NCBI GenBank assembly: GCA_949358305.1
Contig: OX442314.1
Span: forward strand, 22,754,001-22,818,000
DNA length: 64,000 nucleotides
DNA from: Strigamia acuminata
Taxonomy: Eukaryota
Reading direction: 5' to 3'
The notes under the pieces: generated by a model
Database searches by the model: none
What the model was told of the DNA's origin: nothing
Seen by the model: only the letters and a program-made list of their open reading frames with translations
Shown: piece by piece, positions 62,601 through 64,000 of the stretch
Numbering within the stretch: position 1 is the stretch's first letter
Layout: every line of letters begins with the position of its first letter
Program-made: the position numbers and the translations under genes

Positions 62601-64000
62601 GTATGAAGACGACACTTTGGTGCACTCAATGTATCTATTTGGGTACATAAAAATTAAATCTGGGAGGACATAAGCAAAAGCGTTTTTGTATATTTTTTGA
62701 ACTTGTCACGCGTGATGCTGCTGTTGTGGCGACATTTGCCGAATCACATTTTACCACATACGTATGCCACATGCCATCTGCTGATAGAATCTGGAAGTCT
62801 TAAGAAAAGTACTACGTAAGTAAAATTATGCTGGGATTTCTAAGGGGCAGAAATTTCAATGTTGAATAAATAAATGAATAATGTATAAAACACGCCAATT
62901 TTTTTTCCGGACGAACTTTATGATTGTCCAAACATAGTCAGAAATTTTTAGCAAAATATAGGAAACCAAAAATAAGTTTTCCTATTTAAGAAGACAGTTG
63001 CACGCAGGTGTGCTGTTGCACCTTGATTGCAGTTTACACCATATTCATTTAAATAACGTATAGTAAATTTATACAAAATCAAAATTGTACAGGAAGGACG
63101 TGTACTGATCGGGTTAATAGAAATTGAACAGGTGGACAAGTTGGCAATGAATTTTTTACTAATTAATTAGACAACTCATAAGTAACATCATTTATTTATT
63201 CATGGAATTATTGTGATTAAATAAATGTCTCTCGAACCATAATTACTATTGCATATATATATTTTTTAAATTAGAAAGTATCCTGACCAAGTTAGTTGAA
63301 AACTTGAAGCTTTTAAGTTTTATTGAACGGAGTTTGAATCTTGCAGCCGCAGCAAGTGAACCCTTAGCCGCATAAAACAACGTTCATCGGGACTTGTAAA
63401 AGGTTTTTTTTTTAAAAAAAAAAAAGGTCAGATTCTTTTAGCCGATGCATCTACATAGATAATGTTTTCGTTGTGCAAACAAACTGAAAATTGGCAAAGT
63501 TTTATAGACATTTAATAGACTTTTAGCGATTTTGGTTTTATAGTGCAATCATCCCTTTGAAACTTTAATCTGAATTTGGTCACAAGAAGAAAAAACAATC
63601 ATCGTAAAAAGGTGTAAGAAATACACAGATTTAAATTTTTGACATCACTTTGATTGCGCTACCGAACTCCTGCTTCAATACAACGCTATTGTCTCTTTCT
63701 GAAAAAAAAGGAAAAAAAAAAAAAACCTTAATGTGCCATTTTGTAGGAAGACGTTCGTATTACGTCAAAAGTAGTTTTGTCAATTTGTTTTTCTTTTGTG
63801 TTTTTCCGTTCGGATAGTTCCTTTTTCCTGCACAGTGTGGAGCTTTCGTTCATGTGCTCGAGGTGCATGTGCAGCCATGCACGAAATTGTGGGCAAATAC
63901 TTGACGCGTGCAGCCTGGCAACTCCCCTTTCCTTTTTCTCGAAAGAGCAGGAATTATGTGAATGTCGCAAGTACATTTTGCATCTTCGTTTACCAAATCC

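Noticed and set aside
47000..64000. Further protein-coding genes (e.g. a DMRT-type neighbour as in vertebrates), including ORFs 55268-55675 and 61219-61641
   Set aside because: No DM domain or other recognisable protein motif. The ORFs are short, low-complexity or antisense to a retroelement remnant.

Overview
AT-rich animal genomic DNA. The ELAV sequence and promoter motifs look non-dipteran arthropod-like, but the species cannot be fixed from sequence. Two spliced genes lie head-to-head. On the minus strand are the first three coding exons of a cytosolic carboxypeptidase 6 (AGBL4/CCP6-like) gene: 33843-33825, 7087-6959 and 1961-1837, with the rest beyond the left edge. On the plus strand is a complete three-RRM ELAV/Hu gene (CDS 36084-42242, five core exons, 335 aa in the shortest form) with a U-rich 3' region. 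As I recall it, this is the arrangement of vertebrate AGBL4-ELAVL4. The ELAV hinge carries many candidate isoform switches: two 5' splice sites, a 42-nt microexon, a stop-containing 36-nt exon and two candidate alternative last exons that would remove RRM3. Also present are a ~306-nt AG-free zone with a distant branch point and a candidate N-terminal extension exon. About ten RFX X-box motifs and a proneural E-box cluster lie in the flanking non-coding DNA. Mobile DNA includes a decayed Gypsy-like LTR element with two nested MITEs, two copies of a 5S-rRNA-headed SINE, further MITEs, a probable LINE remnant and minisatellites. There are no prokaryotic features or CRISPR arrays. All alternative exons and regulatory sites are predictions from sequence only.
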